Part shown: piece by piece, positions 1 to 10,632 of the stretch | Numbering within the stretch: position 1 is the first letter of the stretch | Layout of the letters: every line of letters starts with the position of its first letter | Assembly: GCA_024704765.1 (NCBI GenBank) | Contig: JAKMXF010000288.1 | Location: forward strand, 248,001-312,000 | Length of the DNA: 64,000 nt | Direction: 5' to 3' | DNA from: Oopsacas minuta | Taxonomy: Eukaryota > Animalia > Porifera | Notes under the pieces: generated by a model | Databases searched by the model: none | Told to the model about the DNA's origin: nothing | The model's input: the letters and a program-made list of their open reading frames with translations, nothing else | Translations under genes and position numbers: made by a program

Positions 1-665
1 CAGTAGATAACTTAGGGTCTATTATTACAGTAGATTGGAAAGAGAATCACAGGCTACAAGCATTCTCTCTTTTCTGAACAGAAATTGTATTTTAGTAATC
101 TAACTGCTCTGTACTATTTCTCTAATATACCTTATTATGCGACATATAGCCCAGCACGTAGATGCAACAGTAGCGGGCTTCGGGGGAACAAACCGAGCTT
201 TTGGCCTGGATTTCAAATCCTGGCCGCGGTCCGGCCCCAGGTATACCAGGAAGTCCCTGATTTCCCAACCTTTTTCACCTGTGGACCCAATATACCAATT
301 TTAACACTTTCTGTAGACCCCCTCCTATCAACTGCAATACGACTTAGCTGGTTCTAGTAGGTTAGGCGGGGACATGACAAGACAGTCACCAACTAAGATC
401 TTGTAATGCTTCATGGGTATGTTAAAGAAAAATTATTTGGGTCAATTCATATTTTGGGGATACACAGCTGGTCTGTCACGAAATTACTCCTTGAAACTTG
501 GTCGTGGGACCAAAATTATCATCGTAGAACCATTTTCCAGGAATTTCATCCCCCGACAATTTTCATAGAATTTTGAATTTTCCAGTAACAGGTATTTGAC
601 CCTGAACTAGGCTCATGACTCGGACACTTTTATAGCTCAATTTTAGTTATCATATCTAGAAATTG

Positions 666-1514
666 ATGAGTGACATTGAAGATATTAAAAGTATAAGTAA
701 CCCTCGCTTAACAAATAGAGATGGTAAACCTACTTGGTTGATTTGTGTTATAAAACGAGAATATTCTACATACACATCAACCCGCGTTCTTAATGGTAAC
801 CATGGAAACGAGGATTCTCCTTCACAGCATCCTGAAGCAAAGTTCTTTGACCTTTGGTGGAAAAATCCTAGAAAAATATTTCCTGATCTTCCTTTCAATG
901 AGATTGATAAAATACACTTTCATTTGATTTGGTATACATTGACATCACCCTGTAATAATTGTGTACAACTGATCAAAGGAAATCACCACTTATACAACAC
1001 TCTGAATATATTTACAGCCTCTGTTTATAAAAACTTGAAAGACAATTCGATAGAAGCGAGTAATCGCATTTATGAATTGAGACGTAAGGGTGTGGGAGTC
1101 GAGCCGATATCTGAGGGGGAATATCAACATTTTACGACAGGCCGCGTGGGTCATGAACTACCCCAACTTCCGTTCTTCAATCCTGAACAAGACTTCATTG
1201 ATCTTAGAATTTCATTTACCGCAGACACGACTATAACGACTGATAGAAATCCAAATTCCTTTGAGACAAGATTGTCACCAAGATACGATTCTATAAACCA
1301 ACATTTGGTACCGATCACTAATGAGAGAACTGTTTTAATAGAACCGTTTCCATACCAGGGATCTGCCCCTAGTTACCACCCACAGTTACCGAATACCTAC
1401 CCCTCAGAGGAAGATCATGAATCTGTGACTAACTACAAAGTTATTAAACGTGAGAGATCAAAGAGGAAATTGAAAAGGTTGAAAAGGAAAAATATTTTCA
1501 TTGAAGACAATTGA
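666..1514 (+). CDS. AID/APOBEC-like zinc-dependent cytidine deaminase with Pro-rich linker and basic C-terminal tail
   Basis: Single ORF with HPE (828-836) and SPCNNC (Cys at 951 and 960). Motifs run colinear with AID: TWLICVIKRE~TYLCYVVKRR, LIWYTLTSPC~VTWFTSWSPC, LNIFTASVY~LRIFTARLY, LRRKGVGVEPI~LHRAGVQIAIM. First ATG is at 666; an upstream exon cannot be excluded (ctag acceptor-like site at 656-659). Confidence 0.85.
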   Translation: MSDIEDIKSISNPRLTNRDGKPTWLICVIKREYSTYTSTRVLNGNHGNEDSPSQHPEAKFFDLWWKNPRKIFPDLPFNEIDKIHFHLIWYTLTSPCNNCVQLIKGNHHLYNTLNIFTASVYKNLKDNSIEASNRIYELRRKGVGVEPISEGEYQHFTTGRVGHELPQLPFFNPEQDFIDLRISFTADTTITTDRNPNSFETRLSPRYDSINQHLVPITNERTVLIEPFPYQGSAPSYHPQLPNTYPSEEDHESVTNYKVIKRERSKRKLKRLKRKNIFIEDN

Positions 1515-1660
1515 GCTTTTATTTTATGCTTTTTTGATTTTATTATTTGAATATTACACATAATGTGTTGTTTGTTTGTTGTTTGTTTGTTGTTTGTTGT
1601 TGTTGTTGTTGACATTCAATTTGCACAGAGACTTCTATTTCATTATATTAGAGATTATCT

Positions 1661-3734
1661 ATGGCAGAAAGAAATGATAGAAATGATAATATGCCAGGTG
1701 AGTATTTAATAATCACACCTACAGTCAACTCCCATTATATCTAACACGGTTATATCGAAGTGTGGAATTATACAACTAAGGTCACAAACCGTCAAAGTAA
1801 CACATATTCCATCAGTTATATCGAACTAATTATCACGGTCCCTTGAGCTCCGATTTTACGGAGCTAACTGTATTTTGCTGTTTCTTATCATACACGAATG
1901 TTTTGTCAAGAGTTACTTGATTTATGTACATCAAATATTCCTTGACTTCCCCCATTTCCCCTTATTTAAGATTTCAATAGATTCAAATTTAGAGGATCAT
2001 TTGGCCATTTTTGACCGGTTCTGTTCCCGGCCAAATGACTGGATCAACCGGCGAATCTATAAGCAGACTTTACTGTATATTTTTAGTGTCTAGTTAGCAG
2101 CTACCCCTTTGGATGTAACAACCTGTAACTTCTGTGTTTCAATGTTTATCCATAATGTAGGTCTAATAGAAGACACTGAATTAGACGGACTGTTAGATGA
2201 TGCCCTGCTAGATTATGACATACCCTCTAAACCTATACAAAAGGCTGAACAGCTACAATCTGTGCCACAAGCACCACATGGTGCTAACACCTTATTAACA
2301 GATGTCCTAGACCCTGCTGGCATGGAAGAAATGACCTCTATGATGCAGGGGATATTTGGAAAGGATTTGGTTAAGGAATATGAATTATTTTCTAAAGAAC
2401 TTGAACATAGAATCCCTGATATGTTTAATACAGAGGTAATGCTATTTCGAAAAATATTCATCTATTGTTAATACAATTTTGAGTCATATTATCGTCCATG
2501 GTCCCGGTTTGGGACCTCCGAATACTTGACACTTTGAGGATAGGACTGTTGTTCTTTGCAGAGACAGTTGTCCGCTTCTCAAAGTGTCCGTTTTAGGAGA
2601 TTCCATTAGCCTCCCTCAAATAATTATAAATACATTGGAGAGTATTTGCAAGAGTTTCCCTTGTTAATAAGCAAATTTGTTATTAGAGGAAATATTATTG
2701 CTAATGGGGAACATCACTGTAGGTAACTTGTGATATTATCTACGTAATAATCAGCTGATTGAGTTCCCGTTTTAACAAATTCCATTTGTTTCTAGGGAGA
2801 TACAATTGCTCCAGGATCTTCTCAACATATTCCCTCAGACAAACACAGGTCAAATATCTCTACAGAAGATACGATAAAAGATCTGAATAAGAATTTAGAG
2901 GATGCCAAATCAGCTGTTCCCCAAGGGCTAGAAGAGGGAGGGGAACACATGTTAGGGATGGTAAAGGATCTCATGGGTGATCTCCTCTCTCAGGAGGTGT
3001 TATATGAACCTATGAAAGAACTATGTGAACAATTTCCTAAGTATTTAGATGAAGAGGAATTGGGTAGTGAGGATAGGCAGAGGTGAGTTAATTAATGTGT
3101 TTTAAGATGTTCATTAGGGATCGGTTCTTCTGTAGCCATACGGTTTGAAGTGATTCAACCGGTTTTATGAAACTGTTCGGGTGTTCAGCAGTCAAATGGA
3201 TCAGGAGAAATCTTTATTTATCAAACTTCTTAACAATACAATTAACTCCCGAGATATCTAACACGGATATATCGAAGTAATTATCACGGTCACTTGAGCT
3301 GCGATGTAACGGGAGTTGTACTTAATCCAGGCTAAATTTCTGGATTTTTGATTATCCACAAATTTGATATTTCGCGTTCCCATTCATTGCGCTCGTACCT
3401 CAAACCTGAGGAATTGATATCAAATACCTCCCCTTGGGGTAGAGTTCCGTATCAATAAATACCTCCTTCAGTCCGGATTGGTTATATTTTACTAATGTTT
3501 AAACTCTCTAGATATTCACGTCAGTTTGTAGTTATGCAAGAAGTATGCAGAGAATACGAAACAGAATCAAAACAAGATTCACAACACTCAAAGCAAGATA
3601 GACAAAACAGGATATTAGGATTAGTACAAGAGTTACAAGAACTGGGTAATCCTCCTCCAGGACTAGTTAATGCTCCTGCTTTACCAGACTTATCACAGAT
3701 TCCACAGAATGATAATCTCTGTAATCAACAGTAA
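1661..3734 (+). CDS. PEX19: Peroxisomal biogenesis factor 19, 4 exons (1661-1697, 2161-2435, 2796-3082, 3512-3734)
   Basis: GT-AG junctions are phase-consistent. Motifs: N-terminal LDGLLDDALLDYD, LLSQEVLYEPMKELCEQFPKYL, LVQELQELGNPP, and a C-terminal CaaX CNQQ (compare yeast CKQQ). Confidence 0.93.
1720..1872. mobile_element. MITE family A, reference copy (about 150 bp; CAGT...ACTG termini, TA TSD; Tc1/mariner/pogo-like). Other copies at about 3237-3320, 5622-5783, 10721-10833, 14013-14300 (two), 19700-19760, 21862-22007, 34074-34192, 44200-44351, 52250-52400, 58306-58460, 62075-62215
   Basis: Recurring TACAGTCAACTCCCGTTATATCTAACACGGATATATCGAA ... GGTCCCTTGAGCTTCGATATAACGGGAGTTAACTGTA with terminal inverted repeats; no coding capacity. 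Confidence 0.85.
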
Positions 3735-4057
3735 GTAATGGTTTATTGAGCTCTTTATTAGATTTCTAATTTAATATTTTTGGGGTATTTTGTTATTTTA
3801 TTTTGTAATCTGACTTACATTTGACAACCCCCAAGGGCTGATACTTCATTATCTATGGCAAATGAGAATGTAGGTGTATAGCTCTCAGAAGCTTGTTGCA
3901 CGAGTTGGTCCACTTGGAACTGTCAAAACTTGGATTGTAGAAGATTAAACCTATTTTTGTGTTGGAATCTTTTCTTAGATTATCGATATTAACTGGAAAT
4001 AATTATTGTCTTAAGATGACTTGTTTACATAGCAAATTATTTGATATTTTTTACAAA

Positions 4058-5320
4058 ATGACTGAAGTTAAGGAAGAAAAACTTGAAAATATTCCTATAA
4101 AAACCGAAATTAATAACTCAGAACAAACAGACACAAACGAACAAACAAAAATCAAACAGGAAATGCTTGAACAAACAAAAATCAAACAAGAAATTATTAA
4201 AAACGAAATTCAACAAGAATCTGTCATAGAAGGCACACAATCCGCCATAAATTCCACAGAATACCTCTCTCCAGTTCGGACGGTTTCCCCTCAGAGAAAA
4301 ACCCCCAAAGTTCGACCGCAGCGGCCGAAACGAAACGCCATCTCTCTCGAAAAAGTAAACTCAATTGATACACAAGATCTATTCACTTATAACCCTAAAG
4401 CAACCAAAATTTCCCCGAAAATGGTTCGACAATCAGTTAAGGAAATGATTGAGATACAACCAGAGATCGAAACAGAATGTCATAGATATCCTGGAATGGT
4501 GAACACATGTAGGAGCCGGAAACGACAGTACATTGATAATCTGTTTGATAAATACGATAATGGTGTTCGTATTTTTAACGAGGATGGGAGTTTGGAAACA
4601 GAAATTGAGAATCCGAACAACGAAACACCGATTTCTCCTCAAGACCCTGATCTAGAGATGTTGATCTTACCACCGAAAAAAATTCGGACAAGAAAAACTC
4701 TCGAAAGAATCGCAAAAAGTGAAATAAATAAAATCACTCAAAAATATAACTTCATTGAAAATATTGTTGAAGCAGCTGAACCCAGTTACGACGATATAAA
4801 TCTAAATAGAAGTACTTCAAATGAGTTCTCAGTTAGAATCAAGTGCAAACGGCATGTGTACTCCTTCCACATGCTACAGGACGCCGCATTCACTGAAACG
4901 ATCGAAAACTTAGCCAAAAAACTAGAAATTCTCCCCAAACAGATTATGCTAATGCATCGTGACGAGACTGTATTACATACGGACACTCCTGCATTACTTA
5001 ATTTAGATGAAAATACTATTTTAGAGGCGATTATACTTTCTAGCTTTACAAAATCACCGATTAAACCGACGAATATGCAAATTGAACAAAAAATAAAAAT
5101 AAAGATACAGTTCGCGAAAAATTTTGGTGGGCTTGTACCGATTATGGCTCCACTTAGCGCTGATTTGAATGGCATTCTTGTGCAAGTATGTGAATCGAAA
5201 GATCTGACACATACAGATTTCCAGCTGCAATTTGATGGCGAGCAGATGGACCTGAATAATAACCTACAGGATTACGACCTAGAAGATGGTGACGTAATTG
5301 ATGCTATCTTGGTTACTTAA
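4058..5320 (+). CDS. NFATC2IP: Rad60/Esc2/NIP45 family protein with two C-terminal SUMO-like domains, intronless
   Basis: Low-complexity N-terminus, then two ubiquitin-like domains; the last reads FQLQFDGEQMDLNNNLQDYDLEDGDVIDA, typical of SUMO-like domains. ATG at 4058 preferred over the ORF-track start at 3959. Confidence 0.8.
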   Translation: MTEVKEEKLENIPIKTEINNSEQTDTNEQTKIKQEMLEQTKIKQEIIKNEIQQESVIEGTQSAINSTEYLSPVRTVSPQRKTPKVRPQRPKRNAISLEKVNSIDTQDLFTYNPKATKISPKMVRQSVKEMIEIQPEIETECHRYPGMVNTCRSRKRQYIDNLFDKYDNGVRIFNEDGSLETEIENPNNETPISPQDPDLEMLILPPKKIRTRKTLERIAKSEINKITQKYNFIENIVEAAEPSYDDINLNRSTSNEFSVRIKCKRHVYSFHMLQDAAFTETIENLAKKLEILPKQIMLMHRDETVLHTDTPALLNLDENTILEAIILSSFTKSPIKPTNMQIEQKIKIKIQFAKNFGGLVPIMAPLSADLNGILVQVCESKDLTHTDFQLQFDGEQMDLNNNLQDYDLEDGDVIDAILVT

Positions 5321-6038
5321 ATGTGTCAATGGAATTTTAATAGTAATATTCACAGAGACATAACAAAGGTATTTGTTTTGTTTGTTAATCGATTTAATTA
5401 AGCGATTTGAATAATATCATTCTCTATTCGCGATTTTTATTCCATTTGCCTTATTTCCAATTAACCGAATACTGCCGGGGTGTGATTTTGTGAACTCAAA
5501 AAGGTGCTAGTAAGATTTTAGTGTTCTTTTTCATTATGAAAGTAACACTTCGGCCGTAATCGGTTTGATTTGGTAATAATATCGCTATCAATATTTTTCA
5601 GCGTCCTTAGAAAATCTCTCTATAATCAACTCCTGTTATATCTAACACGGATATATCGGAATACCCGCTTATATCGAGGTGTGAAATTTGTACAATATGG
5701 TCCCAAACCTTCAAAGTAACATATATTCCATCGGTTAAACCGAAGTAATTATCACGGTCCCTTGAGCTTCGATATAACGGTAGTCCTCATTTATCGTCAA
5801 TATTTTACTTGTCATGTTGGTTTAATCGGGACATTGTCCACCCCATATACGGTGGAACCTGCACAAACCGACACCTGTATACCGGAAGACCTCTATAATC
5901 CGAAATATGTTCCACAATATTCCCTAAAATCTCTGTTACTTAGGGATTCATATACGTACATTTAAACCTGATCCTATGGCTATGAATAAAATCAGTTTAA
6001 TAATCCGTACTCTTATCTATTCTACTAACACAAATAGC

Positions 6039-7004
6039 TTAATTTTGATCTGCCATTTCCACATTCCTTGGTCTAACAGTTGACACCTTATGCAGTATCA
6101 GAGCAGCTGATACCGATACATTAAGTGAATCTATTCCTTCAGGTAGTTCGCCCCACGGCTGAATACTCAACATACTATGACAATATTGAGCGATATCCTC
6201 GCTTAACCCATCTCCTTCATTTCCAAATAGGATTAGAGTTGGTTTTTCTATTCTAAGTTCGTCTAAATCTCCTATTTGAACTGTTTGATATAAGTTTTCT
6301 TCTTCAACTGGTGAGCATGTCCCTATAATACTCCAGTATCTGGAACAATACCATAGGAATTTAGTTGTACTTGCGATCGCGCGAATGTCTAATGTTTCCA
6401 TCGCTCCTGCGCTCGCTTTGCTTACTACAGGGGAAAGACGTGAACACCGTGGGCTTAAGATAACCCTGTCCACACCGAAGTATTTACTAGATCGTAGAAT
6501 AGCTCCCATGTTCATAGGATCACGTATTTCCTCAAGAAACAACCAGATAGGCGGTGAATTGTTTACGGACAAAGCTGAATCTGTTTCAATTTCTTTAAGA
6601 GTAATATCCTGTACAACTAAAGGGGATACGTCCATTGCAACACCTTGATGAGGTCTGTCTCCAGATATTCTATCCATCTCGGTGGAGGTAACGTTAACAA
6701 TTGGGATATTATTCGATTCAGCATATTTGAATAGTTCATATCTCCTGAACGATTTGATACCCAGTTCTCTATTGCGGTTTTTATCGCCATCTTGTGAATC
6801 TTTGTCTTCGCGGATATATATTTTATGAATTATCCTTCTATTCATTGTTACAGCAGCTAGGCACGGGTATAACCCATACAGATGTTCTCCTATTGCCTTT
6901 TTCTTGTTCCCGAATAATAGTGAATTCGTATGGATGGAGTTATTACAGGTATTTTGTAATGTTATGCTACGTAGTGTTCTTCTTAGTAAACTTTGAAAAT
7001 TCAT
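6039..7004 (-). CDS. MRM1: Mitochondrial rRNA 2'-O-methyltransferase (SpoU/TrmH family)
   Basis: SpoU motifs DPMNMGAILRS, GNEGDGLS and SLNVSVSA; HQGVAMDVSPL; basic presequence-like N-terminus. Confidence 0.9.
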   Translation of the reverse strand: MNFQSLLRRTLRSITLQNTCNNSIHTNSLLFGNKKKAIGEHLYGLYPCLAAVTMNRRIIHKIYIREDKDSQDGDKNRNRELGIKSFRRYELFKYAESNNIPIVNVTSTEMDRISGDRPHQGVAMDVSPLVVQDITLKEIETDSALSVNNSPPIWLFLEEIRDPMNMGAILRSSKYFGVDRVILSPRCSRLSPVVSKASAGAMETLDIRAIASTTKFLWYCSRYWSIIGTCSPVEEENLYQTVQIGDLDELRIEKPTLILFGNEGDGLSEDIAQYCHSMLSIQPWGELPEGIDSLNVSVSAALILHKVSTVRPRNVEMADQN

Positions 7005-7457
7005 TTTTGCTTATGTGACTGTAATCTATGCTCTATAATTGAGGGAAAATTATCCACAAATTCTAGAATTAAATATTGGAAATAAAATATAAAAATATTA
7101 AGTTTGTCTAGAGAATACTTCAGTGTGTGTATTGTATGATTTCTGTCTATAACAGTTCGTATATTTAGTGATTAACAATATGCTACGTTTCTAACAGTTC
7201 TAATTTTTCATGTGGACCCCTTACAATTACCATAGACTCAGAGCCGGTGTGTTGACGAGCATAATTGGTTTAGGACTATTAGCCAGGGCCGTTTTAAGTT
7301 CCAAATCCGCCAAAGAATAGACAACAATACAATTTTTGAGATTTTTGGCTAGTCCTCTCGTTGGTCGTTACTCGTTATAGACAAGTTAAACTGAATAACT
7401 TTCTCCATAATTTTTGTAAGGTGTACATAATGTATTAAGAAACTGTATTATATTGAA

Positions 7458-7799
7458 TTAGTTGTTGCCTTGAGTGACAACTGTATCATCTAACGGATTC
7501 AGATCGAAATTAACCTCCTTTCTAGTCAGATGTGTAAGATCATCAGAATACACATCATCTACCTTTACTATTGGTGTACGGCTAGATACATAAGGTTTAA
7601 ATAAACAGTTAGTCAAATCTGGGACTATGAAGTTATATATTCGCCATGGTTGTATTTGGTAGATTCCCTTAGACAAGTGTACTCCTCTAGATCCCACTCC
7701 TCTCCCCTTGTAGAAGAACCTGTTCCCTTTCTTGCTGGTTATTGTACCTCTCTTTGCTTTACCACGTAAGAATCCTCTCATCAATGCTAGCAGTACCAT
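7458..7799 (-). CDS. MRPL41: Mitochondrial ribosomal protein mL41
   Basis: TSKKGNRFFYKGRG and FIVPDLTNCLFKPYVS match the mL41 family. Confidence 0.9.
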   Translation of the reverse strand: MVLLALMRGFLRGKAKRGTITSKKGNRFFYKGRGVGSRGVHLSKGIYQIQPWRIYNFIVPDLTNCLFKPYVSSRTPIVKVDDVYSDDLTHLTRKEVNFDLNPLDDTVVTQGNN

Positions 7800-7956
7800 A
7801 TTATCACTAGTTAATTACAGGATTATACAGTAAACTCCGGTTAATAGAGCACCGGTTAATCGGGTCAAAATTAAAATCCAAAAGTGTAAAAAAGTCGAAT
7901 TTTTTCGGGGGAATGGGTCTAACGCAGTTAAAATTTCATCACCGACACTAATCAGA

Positions 7957-10140
7957 GTGTCTTTAAGAAATTACAATACGATCGAACCTCTGAGATCAGG
8001 ACAACGTCGTCCTGTGCGTGTCCGAGCCTCTGAATTTGTCTTATTCCCAGAAATCCGGATGATTCGAACATTTGATGTCCGTATTAACGGTGTTACACTG
8101 CATATTAGAGTTTATTTGATTATTAGCTATATGGCTGTGGTTCATCCCATCCGATCCCATCACCATTTACAAACACTCACTCCCCAAGATTCTTTTGATC
8201 AAACGAATACCACAGTTGTTAATCTGATAATAGAAAATCAAGACAGTAGTAATTATCATAATTACAGATTAAAGAATACAGAATACACTGGAGTTAAGCT
8301 ATTACTCATCAACAGATTCGGATTATACTACGACGGTGATTTCAAGTTCAAAACTTTATTGTCATACACTATTGACGAATATGGTACTACATATTTCATC
8401 GCGATGTTCCTGGTTACCGTCGCGTGTCTTTGGAATGCGTATATGATACCGTTAAGATGGGCGTTTATCTATGGCACAATAATACCGAGTGGCAATTTTT
8501 CATCGAAAATTGAACGAATTCCGAATTCTGATATTTTCTATATCCTAGACTTGATCGCAGATACTATTTATATTTTTGATATTTTTCTAATTCAAAGTCA
8601 TAAACAATATATTTCAAAAGGTCAAGGTGTGAAAATGCGTGATATCAAGAATACAGTTTGCTATTATTTACATTCGAATGGGTTCTATTTGGATGTGATC
8701 TCCATATTTGTTCCTTGGTTACCAGAGCTGCAGTATTTCGCGACCAAACGATATCACCCTATTTTCCGGTTAACTCGATATCTGAAGTTCCATCGTTTCC
8801 ACCAGTTTTTAATGCTAATTCAACATAGATTACAATACGCACAAATGTTCCGTCAAATTCGTGTACTTTTCCAAATTCTAATAATAACACACACCTTGGG
8901 CTGTGTATTTTTCCTATATTACGTCACGCAAGGGCAGCGTACCGATGGAATTTTCGCTGGGTTTATAGCTGTTGAAACGCAGGATCTACATCCGTTAATA
9001 TTCTCGTTCTACTGGGGATTTGTTATTATAACAAATATACATAATCAAGCCAGACCTAGCAATGAAGGTCAGTATATTTTCATGATTATTTGCCACTTTA
9101 TTGGGTCATTACATATGGCGTATGTGTTTGCGGTTTTTGTGTCGTCTCTCAGGGTTGGAAATTGGCATCGGACCTCGTTTCGACTGAAAGCGCAGCGGGC
9201 AAGATGTGTTTTTACCCTGTTCAAAGGAAAGATTGAAGCAACGAAAATTCGCAAAACTGTAACAGACTATTACGAGTATGGACAGGAGAATCACGTTGAA
9301 TTACTCGAAAACGAAGTATTGAATTATTTCCCAAAGAAAATACGAACAAATTTGGCTGAAGAATGTTACCTCAAAATTCTCAAACGAGTTTATCTTTTCA
9401 AAAATTTGTCGCAGAGTTTTTTCCTGCGTTTACTGCAGAGTTTTGAAAATCGGATTTATTTACCGAATGAGCTTGTTTACAAGAAAGATGATATAGGAAA
9501 TGAATTGTTTATTATCACAAAAGGAAAAGTATATTTGATAGAAAGCGGAAGAAATATTGGAACATTAATACGAGGCCAATTGTTCGGTTACCACGAATTA
9601 TTCCCGCAAATGCCAAGTGAAAGATTCCGCAGCTGTAACGCGAAAACTGAAGGCTTCACTCATCTCCTCGTATTTCATAAACGGACGATTGATCGGATCC
9701 TTGACCAGTTTCCAAAAGACAGCATTGCCATTCATAAAACAGTACTAAATATGGACAAAGTTTTTAAAGGCGAAAGGATGAGAGCTTTTCCAAAATTTGG
9801 AATGGAATTGACTGTCACTGACAGAATTACCCATAAATTGATTAAAATATTCCGGAAGTTACACGCTATTAATAATATTTACATACAAATCAACACCAGA
9901 GATGAAAGTGTAAGTTCTGATAGCGAAACCGAAATTTATTCGCGAAAAATTCCTAATATTAATAATAAAACAAGACCGAATATAATTACAAAATACGTGG
10001 ATGATTGTGTTGTAAATGACGTCACTGAGAGGCCAGCTGCTAATATATTTAAGCGCCAAACGAGTGCGCAGCGTCAGATGTATTTATCACCTAATAGATG
10101 TTTGGAAACACTCAGAAATAATGTATTATCTCCAAAATAG
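7957..10140 (+). CDS. Cyclic nucleotide-gated channel subunit, CNGB-like, intronless (start codon uncertain; ATG at 8059 or 8131)
   Basis: S1 LWNAYMIPLRWAF resembles CNGB WNCWLIPVRWAF; S4 PIFRLTRYLKF; pore helix FYWGFVIITNI; C-linker and CNBD (YLPNELVYKKDDIGNELFII, FG, RSCN). Confidence 0.85.
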   Translation: MSLRNYNTIEPLRSGQRRPVRVRASEFVLFPEIRMIRTFDVRINGVTLHIRVYLIISYMAVVHPIRSHHHLQTLTPQDSFDQTNTTVVNLIIENQDSSNYHNYRLKNTEYTGVKLLLINRFGLYYDGDFKFKTLLSYTIDEYGTTYFIAMFLVTVACLWNAYMIPLRWAFIYGTIIPSGNFSSKIERIPNSDIFYILDLIADTIYIFDIFLIQSHKQYISKGQGVKMRDIKNTVCYYLHSNGFYLDVISIFVPWLPELQYFATKRYHPIFRLTRYLKFHRFHQFLMLIQHRLQYAQMFRQIRVLFQILIITHTLGCVFFLYYVTQGQRTDGIFAGFIAVETQDLHPLIFSFYWGFVIITNIHNQARPSNEGQYIFMIICHFIGSLHMAYVFAVFVSSLRVGNWHRTSFRLKAQRARCVFTLFKGKIEATKIRKTVTDYYEYGQENHVELLENEVLNYFPKKIRTNLAEECYLKILKRVYLFKNLSQSFFLRLLQSFENRIYLPNELVYKKDDIGNELFIITKGKVYLIESGRNIGTLIRGQLFGYHELFPQMPSERFRSCNAKTEGFTHLLVFHKRTIDRILDQFPKDSIAIHKTVLNMDKVFKGERMRAFPKFGMELTVTDRITHKLIKIFRKLHAINNIYIQINTRDESVSSDSETEIYSRKIPNINNKTRPNIITKYVDDCVVNDVTERPAANIFKRQTSAQRQMYLSPNRCLETLRNNVLSPK

Positions 10141-10632
10141 CACCATATCTTATATTAATATATATTCGCACATATTTACACTGTATTCGTATTTATTATA
10201 TATATATATTCGCATTTTACCGATTCTACAGGAATTTGATTCATGGACAGGGATATGATTAATCATATTTTCACACCTTTGGGGGATATTTCAAAATTGT
10301 CCTAGTGATTAGCTTCCAGGGGTAAACAGGGACGGAGAATTCTATCCTGAAAGTTATTTATTAGAAGTTATTCTCTCAAAAATCGATAATAATAAGTTTT
10401 GTGAAAATTACGTCAGCAGTAATTTGATTTTTTTGATAGTTTCGGGTATGAATATTCGATTTATTTATCAAATCATATATATGTATATATATCAACAACA
10501 ACAAAAGGATAAATTGTATCTATCGCAGTTCACTACCATTGTGGCTGTTAGACATGCATAAGCAAAACACTATTAAAAGTACAAACACTAAAATTCAAAG
10601 GGACAAGAGACTGGTACACAGGGTGACTTGAT

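Noticed and set aside
85-357. 90-aa ORF and a tRNA T-loop-like TTCAAATCC near 210
   Set aside because: No recognisable motif in the ORF; the flanks do not pair into a T-arm or cloverleaf.
3717-3734. PEX19 ends in fungal-like CNQQ rather than vertebrate CLIM
   Set aside because: Still a plausible CaaX; ordinary variation.
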